Source: Amoebidium appalachense (lineage: Eukaryota > Protista > Ichthyosporea). From it: 64,000 nt of DNA. The notes beneath the pieces were generated by a model. The model was not told the origin of the DNA, searched no databases, and was given only the letters and a program-made list of their open reading frames with translations. The position numbers were made by a program, and so were the translations under genes. Below are positions 1 to 12,636 of this stretch, in pieces. Position 1 is the first letter of the stretch. Each line of letters begins with the position of its first letter. The stretch covers positions 6,455,448-6,519,447 of the forward strand of contig CAVNZM010000003.1 of the NCBI GenBank assembly GCA_963693365.1, in the 5' to 3' direction.

Positions 1-21
1 TCTCTCCTCCTCTCTACCCAC

Positions 22-152
<131 letters not shown>

Positions 153-521
153 TCATTCAGGTCTCTCTCTCTCTCTCTCAGATCTCTCTCTTCTCTCCCC
201 CCCCTCCAACCCCCCCTTTCTCTGTCCCTCCCTCCCTCCCTCCCTCCCTCCCTCCCTCCCTCCCTCCCTCCCCCTCTTTATCCGATGGCACCCCCTTGTC
301 CCCCTATGCAATGGTATACATCCACGCACGCACGCACCACACAGCCCACGTGGTAGACGTCGACGTGCACGTGAGCGCAGGCTGTGAAATTAGGGGGTTT
401 AGGGGCACAAAAATGCCCCTGAAACCCCGAAAAGTGTCCCTAACTTTTGGAGGTTAGGTCCACTAATTTTTGAGTTTGTGACCCTAGTAGGGTCATAGGA
501 AATTGCCCCTACTATCATCTT

Positions 522-552
<31 letters not shown>

Positions 553-1344
553 GCCCCCTCCCCTTCCCCGGCCTGTTTTTTTTTTTTCTTTCGAATGTTA
601 TATCAATGCCCCTTCATATCCAAGTCTATTGACTCTGGGGAGAGCAGTGGGCGCTGGGCCAGGATAGTTTTGGATAAGAAGTCCAAGTGATGACCAGAAA
701 TAGACCCAACTGGCGCTTATTTGAAGTTTGCGCCTTGAACCGGAACCACACAGAACCCTTCGCGCCAGTTTCGACGAACCAAAACACACTTTCCCCCTTT
801 TTGGCGCGCTCCCGGAAAAAAACTCCCAGAGGGCCAAGAGCACGGCCATCTAGAGGTGTTTCTAGATGGCCGTGGGCCAAGAGCTTTTTCGTCATGGGTA
901 TAAATAGTAAAAGCAGCTGTCACCCACATCCCATTTCGACTTGTAGACCCCCTAGTTTTCTGGCGGTCTGCATTGCTCTTTTAGAGGCTGACTTGCTTGC
1001 TGTGCCTCTATAAATTTTGAGGGGGGCCTGTTGGGAAGGAGCAGTAATGATGTCTTCTTGCAGAGTGTGGTCTGGTCAACATCGATGCATATGACTAGTT
1101 GGAGCAAACTAGTTTCACGCATACACGTACACTTACGGTTTTGCCCGCTGGTGTCCTTTGTCACTCACGTCGTGACTTGTCGCTTTTTTTTATTTTGTAG
1201 CTTTGGCTTTTTCAGTTCTATTGGTGGTTATGTAGCCTGTGGCTGCACGTTGTCTTCATCAACGGATCAATAAACCCGAGTCAAAAGAAAAAAGGGTTTC
1301 ACTATACCAACAGTTTTCATACCACCTTGAGCTCAAACTGAAAC

Positions 1345-1765
1345 ATGACTGGTAACGAGAGCCAGCCACCTAGTTGTAGGCTACCTGGGGCACGCTTCAC
1401 CAAGGCCAACAAGTTGGATTGCCGCTCAAAGCTGGCTAAGTTGGGTGACCTCTCTGCCACCCCCGCCCACAAGGCATTGAACCAGCTGCTTTCCAAGGGG
1501 CAGGAAAAGGCTGTCCTGGTCGTCAACTACGACGACACTACCAGCGACAGCGACATGGAGATTGAGGAGGGCCAGCGCAAGGGCACCACTGAGGGGGTGA
1601 CAGGCAAGGACAAGGTTGTTTCGGCCAACACCACCACCGGTGATGGAGCAGGTGACGGCAAGGACAGCAGCCCAGCTAGCCCCCCTGCCCCAGGTGCAAG
1701 CAAAGCCGGCGTGGAGACGGGCGGCGAGGGGCAGGGCGAGCCCGAGTCTGTGAGCCCAAACACAG
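1345..1765 (+). CDS. Possible first coding exon of an unidentified gene (acidic/Gly-Ser-Pro-rich, low complexity); no downstream exons found
   Basis: ATG at 1345 opens a non-repeat frame with GC-rich third positions like the genuine exons of this window (MTGNESQPPSCRLPGARFTKANKLDCRSKLAK...DDTTSDSDMEIEE...). It ends at a good donor ACAG|GTATGC at 1765/1766. No family recognised. Confidence 0.3.
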
Positions 1766-2265
1766 GTATGCAACAGTGCCTAAAACCTTCTTAGCACACC
1801 CATGTGATAGGACGTTTCTTTTTCTCTCGCGTCTCACATCCCCCCCCCCCCCCCCAAATTCTTGCATCTCCCCCCCCCCCCCCCCCCCCCCTGCTGCCCA
1901 TAATCTGCATTCCCCCGCCTGCCGCCCATCACTCGCATATGCCATGTTGTAAGGAGTATAATGGTGGGCTAATATTCCATCCCTCCCCCCCCCTCCCTCT
2001 TCCCCCTCAAAACAAAGAAATAAACAAAAAAAAACCAAACAAAACTTTGAACCACACACATGCACATGTCAGGTGCACTCCCATCAACACACGTGCCGCA
2101 CGCACACACAAACAGGCGCACATGCACATACACTATCACATGCATATTCAACACACACACACGTATACACACACACACACACACACATACACATGTAAGT
2201 GATGCTTTGTGGTAGGCACAATCAAACTATATCAACTATTATCTGACTGCACTATGGCACATAAA

Positions 2266-2305
<40 letters not shown>

Positions 2306-2321
2306 GTGTGTGTGCGTGTGT

Positions 2322-2360
<39 letters not shown>

Positions 2361-2377
2361 TGCTTTTTAGTGCCATC

Positions 2378-2421
<44 letters not shown>

Positions 2422-2438
2422 TGCTTTTTAGTGCCATC

Positions 2439-2510
<72 letters not shown>

Positions 2511-2916
2511 TGGTGTGTGTTTGTGTGTCTTTAATTTTGTTTTTCCTTCCTTTTTCCTTTTTTTTTTTTTTTTAATACAAAAAATGCTAATTATAATAGT
2601 GTGCTAGCTCGATAAATAGTGCGTAGTGTGACTAGTGTCTGGGCAGCGTTGTATGCCTCAGAGTTTAGTCTAGTTAGAGTAAATAGATCGTACTAGTGGC
2701 CTGGTGCCCTACTAGCATCCCCTAGGATCTTGCCGCGAGTCCGGGTGGTGAATGATGGCCACCATGGTGGCATGTACATAATTATAAATCAGGGCGCAAG
2801 GCAAACCGTTCTTTGAGACACTAAAGCAATGTCAGATTCAAGCGCATGCCATTGTACTGAGTGTACTCACACACACACACGTACACACACATACACATTC
2901 TGCACACACACACATG

Positions 2917-3051
<135 letters not shown>

Positions 3052-3950
3052 CGTGCAGAGACTGGTGTTACACGGCACACACAGGCACATGTACATGCAC
3101 ACACGTGACACGTCAGAGCTATACCAAAGGCACACACACACACCTTTGTACACACTGCAGTGCACACATACACACTCATGTGTACCACATGTGTACATCG
3201 ATGTACTTTTCCATAGATGGCTAATCACGTGCAACGTTAATAACTTCCTTGCGTATCATACGCCGTGCGACACTGTGTTTATAAGCCCATAAATGCTGTG
3301 CACTGTGAACAATATAGGTGTAGGGCGTGTGGGTTTCCGCGGGTAGCTCGTTATAAGTGGTTTAGAAAATGCGCCTCAGACTATCAGTAAACAAATCAAT
3401 GACATACACAGACCTCGGTTGGGCTTTTCTATGCTACTAACGGCATGCAATCCATTCTCCTGTGTATGTACACATCTGGCGAGTGCGGCCTGCATTGCTA
3501 GTTACGATGTGTGCATGTGTGAATTAACACTTCCCACCGTGTGAGATCCCCCCCCTCTGCCTCCCCCCCCCCCCCCCCCCCTTCCTCTCTCTCTTTCTCT
3601 TCCCCCTTGGTACCGTCCGTTCTCTCCCCACTCCGCCCCTCCTCCTCCCCCCCCTTCCCCCCCCCCTCCCCCCCTCCCCCCACTTCATTCTCTCGCGTCT
3701 CTCCTCCTCTCTACCTATTAACTCGAATCGAGAACGTTGCTGAAAAAACAGAAAGTTATATGAAATTAATATGGGCTGGTGATAAAATGTTGATTTGATC
3801 GGTTTGCTTTGATCTTTCCCATTCAGCATCTTTGTGCCGATAAAACTTTCCGAAGGTTTGCGTCTACATAACTTTGCTGTGTAATTGCTACAGAGCGGCA
3901 ACCATGCCCGCCATCCCCTTAGGCCCCCCCTTGAAAAATAAGCCTTCACA

Positions 3951-4040
<90 letters not shown>

Positions 4041-4074
4041 ACACACACACACCCACACACAAACACACATACAC

Positions 4075-4147
<73 letters not shown>

Positions 4148-4579
4148 CACGCTACACACACACTGTCGACACGCTTTACAGACACACCAACATCCACAGT
4201 GTGGCTCACAATCCGACTAGTGGTGGTGTGGGAGTAGCACGTGCTTGTGCCTGTGTGCCAGCGATCTCAGACTCTGCAACTTGCACCTCGTTGTACACTC
4301 TGGAAGCCGTGAGCCACAGAGTATTACATTTAATACCCGCCTCCCCTCCTAATTGTACATGTAATGCTAATGTAGTACTAATGCAATACCCTTTTCGCAC
4401 ACTCTCTCTGTCTCTCTCGGTGCGCCCATGCATATGTATACGCCCGCACGCACACACGCACACGCACACACACACGCACACGCACACGCACACACAAACA
4501 CACACACACATGAAGTACACACACACACGCACACACACACACAAGCTCGAAACCTCCCGGTCCCCCATCCTCCCCCTTC

Positions 4580-4620
<41 letters not shown>

Positions 4621-5396
4621 AAAAAAAAAAAAAATCGAAGAGAAAACACAACTTTGAACAGGAAAAAAAAAAAAAAAAAAGGAAAGAAAGAAAGAAAGAA
4701 AAAAGAACAGAAAGAAAGAACAGAAAGAAAGAAAGAAAGAAAGAAAGACTCGGAAAGAAAAGACGTCGACACGGTTTTGCACAGGGGAGCTCGTCTTTTG
4801 ATTGTGGCCCTCATAGGGCCTACGGGCGGTGCATATTTTTATTTACATTGTGCGCGCCTGACTGTGTGTTTTGGGGAAGGAGGAGTGATGGAGAAAGGGG
4901 ACAAACTGGGCCCGGGACAACAGAATCACGGGCCCCTCTTGAAGAGCTTGGACGGTGGACATCTGTGGATCTAGATCTAGAGATATGATTGGGTTTCTCG
5001 GCGGAATAAAATTAAGTCAGCCAGTTAGAAAGTGACAAGTAAGATTGACGTCACCTCTTGGCATAGGACGCATGGTCATCATGCAGACTGATTGATGGCC
5101 TACAATTTCTGGTTTTTAGTATCTAACATTTACAAATACTTTATCTATGTACATAAGACAGTTCTACATATTGCCGACCGGGCCCAGGCGCCGGGCGGGC
5201 CGGGATATAGAGATCTAAGCCTTAGCGCAGCCAAAGTCGATGGCACGATCTTTAAAGCATACCGGCACATACAGTACGTGATCTCCGACAGTCATCTCAG
5301 TCTACAATCAGCTTTTAAGGTAGCTGGAATCATGGAATCGCGGTGATCGACTCCCGGCCCGGATTCATATGAAAAACAGGGTTGCTTCGGACATTA

Positions 5397-5702
5397 CAAA
5401 ATGACCCCACTATCTGCTAAAGCCAAACTTTTTGCATGATAATCATGGAAATAGTGTTTTCTAACGATTTTGTGTACAGAAAAAATTATAACTCAATTGG
5501 TTCAGCGTCGGCGAGCCGAAAACCAACTACACCAAAATCCGGTACGTTCTTACTCGTACGATCAATTATAGAAATTGTGTACTATAAAAACTTTTTACTC
5601 GATTGAGTTATAAAATTTCTCTACACCAGATTGTAAGTTCATACTAATATACTTAATGTTTCCATGCTCAAACATGCTCTAGCACATAGTGTGGTCATTT
5701 TG
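5397..5702. mobile_element. MITE-like fold-back element (about 306 bp) flanked by TA (Tc1/mariner-Stowaway-like)
   Basis: The left end CAAAATGACCCCACTATCTGCTAAAGC matches the reverse complement of the right end (CAAAATGACCACACTATGTGCTAGAGC). Inner inverted arms: CATGGAAA/TTTCCATG and about 5474-5498/5601-5626 (TTATAACTCAAT/ATTGAGTTATAA). TA at 5395-5396 and 5703-5704. No coding capacity. Confidence 0.6.
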
Positions 5703-7678
5703 TAATCAATAACACTCTTGCTTATAGGTCACGCGCGGGTTATACAAAGCATTTACGTTACACTTTTGCCCTCCTCCGTATGGCCGCTACAGGGTTTGCG
5801 TTACGAATCGTATCGGCCTAAAATACGCTTTAGTAAACCCCGTAATACGATTAACAGGAGCCATCCAATTAGTAAATATGACCCTGAGAGGTGTCAAAAG
5901 CCTCGGAATTCGCCTAAATACGATCAAGAACGCCAAACCCTGGCAATGCCTGGGCCACTATGGCCGCGTGAGCCAACTCAGCCAATTGAGCCCACCCGTA
6001 CATGTGATATCACAGTGTTGGGAAACCTGGCGGAAAAAAACGGAATGCACTGTTGCAGCTATCATAATTTTTTGTGGGGTAGTAAAAAAAGGTAAAAAGA
6101 GAATTAATGAAAAGAGAGAGCATAGCAGTTAGGAGAATAACCCATCGTTCGCCGACATGGTGCACGTGTGATCCGACGGTACCCAGTTATTCTCCGTTAC
6201 ATGTTATTTTGGGATTCATGAGCCGCATGTGAATCCCCTCAAATCTTCAATTGTGGGGCGTATCATAAGGGCGTAACCAGGCTGAGCAGGCTCCAAAGAC
6301 AATCAAATTTCAATCCATATGCAGATAGCGCAATAAAAGTAAGGCCTCGCCAAACAAGAATTTTAGTTTTGCATGTAGTTTGTACTGTATGTAGGACATT
6401 CCGTTTGTAACAGAATTTTCAATAACTAAAATTTCCATAGCTAAAATTTTCTAAGCCGAAAAATTCAAAATCGGAGCTGCCAGGCTCAGCGGCACACCCA
6501 AACAAATGGAAGAGTTTTGGGAGACAAGTGACGCAAACTCTTAGCCAATCATATTGTAAATGCTTTTTCGAGCTTCGATTCAAAGCGGCACAACGCTGGC
6601 TTTTTCGTATTTCGTTTGTAACTAATTTTGGTTATTTACCATTATGCTAAATAATACTATTGGTCAGTTGGAGTTCTTTCTAAGCCAATCAGAGCATGGC
6701 CGAATCGACGAAACCCATGGTTTCGTGACTTTCGTCCCCCTTAATTTTTTTCAAACAGGATGTTGTCCATTTTTGCATTCTAATTGGTACATTTCTTACC
6801 AATGGGCAGGCCACTGAAGGCGGCTTAGCGTCTTCATGCCTGACTGAACTTTTTGGCCCCGTTTCACGCAGGGGTTGAATTGCGACCCAAAAGTCGTCGT
6901 ATTTACGAGTAGCCCAGGGCATCAAAACGAGTAACGCTGTGAGGTGCTGTATTGGTTTTTCGTAGCAGTGAAGTAGGCCAAAATATTGTATTTCGGTGTT
7001 AAATCCAGTCAAAAGAAAAAAAAAATTTCATACCAAAATGGGTGTTTTCCTAGGTAAAAGGTGGTCAGGTCGTTATTTTGGCACTCCAGAGCGGAATATG
7101 AAGCCCTGTTTTGTCTCGTAGGGTGTGTAATTGCTAAGGTAGTGTAGAAATAACTGAAACAGACCGTCAATTTCAATAGTATATGGGGTCTATACGAATC
7201 GCAAATGAGACGAACCCCGGCAATACGATTTAGAACTTTTGTAGTACGAATACGTGTAACGTAAAACGGGTATCGCAGTCAAAACCCCACAACCGTTCAA
7301 GTGTACGTGTCTGATGCAACCACACTGTTTAGAAAGGGCTTTGTAGAGAAGGTCACTCACTCTAACACCAGAACATAGCATACAGGTGCGCTATTCCGCC
7401 TTCTTTGTATCTTATGGGTTCCTTTTCGTGGGTTTCCTAGACAACTAAACATGGGGGTTCCCGTTTTTTTTTTGTTTTTTTTTGGTGAAGACAAGGAGAG
7501 GGCACATGGGCAAAGTGCATAGCCTTCACTTTCTTTCATTCCAAATTTGCAAGCGGGAACCATGTTTGTGCCTTTCTCTTCCCGCTTCCATCTGTTTATT
7601 TGGAAAATCCGTGAAGTTTACGAATGCTACCTTGCTCCCCCCCCCCCCCCCCCTCTTCCCCCCCCCCCCCACCCCCCT

Positions 7679-7751
7679 CTGCATACTTGAATGTTTGCCT
7701 TTGCATGTGTCCTTCGTGTATGCGTACTTCGTACCGTGTTCCGCATTCAAA
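7679..7751 (+). repeat. Short 5'-truncated copy of the poly-C-embedded repeat family (see 12708-13560)
   Basis: CTGCATACTTGAATGTTTGCCTTTGCATGTGTCC...TCGTGTATGCGTACTTCGTACCGTGTTCCGCATTCAAA matches the 3' end of the 12708-13108 unit with a short internal deletion. C-runs on both sides. Confidence 0.8.
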
Positions 7752-7789
7752 CCCCCCTCCCCCCTCCTTCCCCCCTCACTCCCCCCAAC

Positions 7790-7823
<34 letters not shown>

Positions 7824-8095
7824 TGCACCCTCTTCTATAGGTGCCATCCCCCACTCCCGGCCTTCCCAACACACACGTTCGCCTAAACTCACACATGCAC
7901 TCACAATTAAATACACGGTACGGTCGTCCAGCCACTTCTTCCCTTCGCTTTTTTTATGACGTCGACAGCCTTTTCTTTCTTCTTTTCACCTTTGCCTCTA
8001 TCTTTTGGCCTATATAACCACCGATTTTCGACAACTCTGCCCCTGCCATCTCCAATACCCCCCCCCTTCCCCCCCTCCCCCTCCCTTCTCCTTTC

Positions 8096-8222
8096 AACCC
8101 ACCGGCATCACACATTCACCCTGTTTACCCCCGTAACTATTCCCTGACCTCCCTCCCTTCTCCTCTGAACCCATCGGCATCACACATTCACCCTGTTTAC
8201 CCCCGTAACCATTCCCTGACCT
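8096..8222. repeat. Local tandem duplication, two ~55-bp copies at 72-bp spacing
   Basis: AACCCA(C/T)CGGCATCACACATTCACCCTGTTTACCCCCGTAAC(T/C)ATTCCCTGACCT at 8096-8150 and 8168-8222. Confidence 0.85.
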
Positions 8223-8563
8223 TTTTTCCTCCGTCCCCCCCCCCCCCCCCCTCCCCCCCCCTCTCCCCCCTCTCCCTTCCCCCCACCCACTCAACCACAC
8301 ACCCACCCATATGCACGTATACACGTGTGTCCACGCCATGCACACACACACAAACACGTGCACCAACACACTCACAAACACACAAATACACACGCGCAAA
8401 CGCGCACACTTGCAGTTACACGCACACACACATATAAGCAGACGCCCAGGGCCACGCTCTTGCACCCGCTAGCCCGTGCCCACCCCCCCCCCCCCCCCCC
8501 CCCCCCCTCCTCATGCGTGCGCACACACACACACACACACACACAGTGCTTCACACTCTCAGA

Positions 8564-10024
8564 ATGGCTGTCAAGAAGGCGCAGATCAAGCTCGACCCCC
8601 CCTCCGAGCTTGTGTTTAAGGATGTTCGCAAGGGGTCATCACAGGTCAAGCTGACAATCACCAACCTGAGTGCCGATGAGGCTGTGCACTTTAAGGTCAA
8701 AACAACAGCACCTAAGCGTTACTGTGTCAGACCGAACCAGGTGCGTGTGGATGGGTGGGTTCATGGGTTGAAAAGTGTGTGGGTGGAGGTAGGTGTGGAT
8801 GGTCGTGGGTGGATGCTGTGTGCGTAGATGTGGGTGTGGTTGGTTGGTGGATTGGTGTGCGGACAGTGCGGGCAGTTGGAAGTGGGTGTGATCTAACGGG
8901 TGGGTGGGTGCATACACACACACATACGTGTGTGCGCACTCGTGCACACATACACACACCCACACAACTGTGCGCCCACACATGCACACACACACACACA
9001 CACGTGCAACCATACACACAAACACCTCCCTGCAATCAACCTAAACACACACGCACGCATGGACGCACACCAACACACACACGCACACGTACACGCACAC
9101 ACACACCGTGGCACATGTAAAATCTCACAAGCGCACCCATGTGCTCTGGTGCATACACCGATAGGTTGCACATACCTCCTCTCCCGTGCCTACACCAACC
9201 ACGCAAGACCTTCAGGCACGCACACTTCCTTGGTATTTTTACGTTTCATTCATGGTGCATGCATCTTTTATGTCACTGCAATTCCCCCCCCCCCCCCCCC
9301 CCCCCCCCCTCCTGTCCTGCCTCGGTTCCTTTGCTACCTCCTCCCCCTGCTCCCCCCCCCCCTCCCCCCCCCCTCTCCACAACTTATGCTGCACTCTGTT
9401 TATGTAATTTTTGGATCTCTGCGCTTTGTTGTTCGTCGTATATTCATACTTCGTGCTGTGTAACATAATCAAACTCCGTGGCCACCCACCTACTACATCA
9501 ATCTCGGCCTCCCCACTTGATAAAGTGCCGAATCGGATAAATCGCATGCTTTGTGGCCGTGTTTTCGTGTCCTCCTGTGTACTGCACTGTGGTGTTATTT
9601 TCTCTCGAACCGTTACCGTGTGCAACATTTATGTGCCTCTGCCGCTCTCGCCAATCAGCCACCTATCGTTCCCGCTTTCCAACTAATAGCCCCCACTACT
9701 CTTTCTTTCTCCCCCTCCCCCCCCTCCCCCCCCCCCCCCCCCCCCCCCCCGAGGTCATCGTGTCGATCCTCGGGCACTGTGGATTACTTGTCCCCCCCTC
9801 CCCCCCCCCTCCCCCCCCCCCCCCCCACCACCACCACCACCACCACCACCACCCACCCACCCGCTGAGGATGGGCTTTGCTGTTAAGCATACTCGTTGTG
9901 TGTCCTAGGCAGACTCTGCATTGTGTTGTCCATCGTGAATCTGTGCTTTGTACTCTGTAACGCATCCACACCCACCCACCCACCCCTCTCTACCTCTTCC
10001 CCTTCCCCCCTCTCTCCCTTCTTT

Positions 10025-10088
<64 letters not shown>

Positions 10089-10909
10089 CCTCCCTCCCCC
10101 CTTCCTCCCTCCCTCCCTCTCCCCCCCCCCCCCCCCCCTCTCTCCCTCCTCTCTCTCCCTCTCTCTAGCTCTCTCTCTCTCTCGCTCCCCCCCCCCCCCC
10201 CCCCCCCTTCTCTCTCCCCACCCCTCTCTCTACTTCTCGCTCTCTCTCTCTCTCCCTCTTTCTCCCTCTCTCTACCTGTCTCTCTCTCTCCCTCCCCCTC
10301 CCCCCCCCCCGCCCCCTCTCTCCCTCCTCTCTCTCCCTCTATCTAGCTCTCTCTCTCTCTCGCTCCCCTCCCCCCCCCCCCCCCCTCTCCCACCCCTCTC
10401 TCTACTTCTCTCTACTTCTCTCTACTTCTCTCTCCCTCTTTCTCCCTCTCTCTACCTGTCTCTCTCTCCCCCCCCCCCCCCCCCCCCCCCCCCCCCATTC
10501 TTCCTACGCTGTCCGTCTGCGCTCTGTTTCTTTGTTTGTGAAACATACACAGACACACACGTTACACAATCCCTTCTGAAGGACACAAACCTAACACAAT
10601 TTCCAAATTTCCATCGGCATCAGGGCAAGATCGATGCGTCGAGCAGTGTTGAGGTGATGCTGATCCTGCAGCAGCTGGGGTCTGATGAGGTGCGCACAGA
10701 CAAGGCAGACAAGTTCTTGGTGCAGGCAGTGAGTGCACCGGCAGACAGGGACACTAAGGATGTCTTCAACGATGTGCCTAAGGTATGTGTGTGTGTGGGT
10801 GTTTTTTTTTGTTTGTTTTTTTTTGTTTGTTTTTTTTTTTTGGGGGGGGGGGGGAGGGGGGGAGAGGAGGTTGGGAAGGACACAAAGGATGTGTCAATGA
10901 TGTGCCAAA

Positions 10910-10946
<37 letters not shown>

Positions 10947-11128
10947 TGGGGGGGGAGGGGTGAATAGGTGGGGGATGGGCGGAGCAGCGGGGCGGGGGGG
11001 AGAATAGAGGGCAAGGGATGGGGATCCCGCGGGGGGGGGGGGGGGGGGGGGGGGGGAGGGGGCAGGGACACCAAGGTTGTTTTCACCCGACATGCCAAAA
11101 GTGTGTGTGTGCGGTGGTGGTGGTTGGA

Positions 11129-11174
<46 letters not shown>

Positions 11175-11338
11175 GGACACCAAGGTTGCAATTAATGTGT
11201 GGGAAAAGTCTGTTTGTGTGTGGTGAGTGGGGAAGGGGGGGTTTGAGGGCGAGGTTAGGGGGGGGGGGGGGGGGTGTATACGTGTTTGGTGTGTGTGTGT
11301 GTGTGTGTTTGTGTGTGGGAGTGGGAGTGGAGGATGGG

Positions 11339-11386
<48 letters not shown>

Positions 11387-11714
11387 GGCAATGGTGGGGT
11401 TGTAGTTTCACAGCAGAGTATAAAGGTACACGAAACAATGAGCATGTACCGGTAGGAATGGGTGGGTGTGTCTTTTTGTCTTTTCTTTTTCTTTTTTTTT
11501 TTTTTTGCGGGGGGGGGGGGGCAGCTTTTGTTGTGTTTGTTATCGGCAGGGTAATGGTGAGGAGGGCAGGGGGTAAAGGGAGTGAGGGAGACAATCTGCA
11601 TTGTGTGGTCCATCATGAATGCATTTCGTACACTCAAGCACTCTAGACCCCGGCCCGAAGTCTTTCCCGACCCTCAATTTCACTTCGTTGGTTCCTATCC
11701 CGCTCTCCTCCTGC

Positions 11715-11763
<49 letters not shown>

Positions 11764-12564
11764 CCATTTCTATCCTTTATCGGACTCTGTGTTTTGTGCA
11801 TATTCTTTATTTGTGGTTGCACTCCTCATTATGTTATTCGATATGATTGTGCACCTTGTTCTCCATAACACATCTCAACAACCCCCCCCCCCCCTTTTTT
11901 TCTCCACAGCACATTCCAAACCCTTCCATTTCCCTCCTTTTTTTTTTTTTCCTTTTTTTTTTTTCCTTTTTTTTTTTTTTTTTACCTTTTCACTGACACC
12001 ATCTACACAGGATGTTCTGACGGAGGTCAAGCTGCGCTGCAAGTTCCAGGTGGAGCTGCTGGACCAGGTGCAGGAGGAGGACCTGGAGTCGAAGAATTCG
12101 GTACGGTCAATAATAATACTATAGTAATAGTAATAGTAATATCTATACTAGGAGTAATAATAATAATACTCGAAATAGTGGTAGTAGCCGTAGCCGTAGT
12201 ATTAGTAGTAGCAATGCACCCTACATTCGACGTGTTGCTTGCCCTTGTGCACATGTTTCTATGTATAACCCTCTCTCCCCCTCTCACCACCACCGCCACC
12301 GCCACCGCCAGCACACACCCGCATGCAAGCACACATGCACACACACACACGCGCGAACACAAAAACGCTGCGCAAATGTGTAGGCATGCAAACGAGCATG
12401 CGTGTGTGTGCGCGCACCACCACCACCACCGCCACCACCACCAAAGGGTTTCAAAACGTGCAGCACACACATGTATATACGCGCAGATAACACACATGCG
12501 GGCACATCCACACACACACACACACACGTACACACATGTACACAGAGACTGACACGTACACATA

Positions 12565-12636
<72 letters not shown>

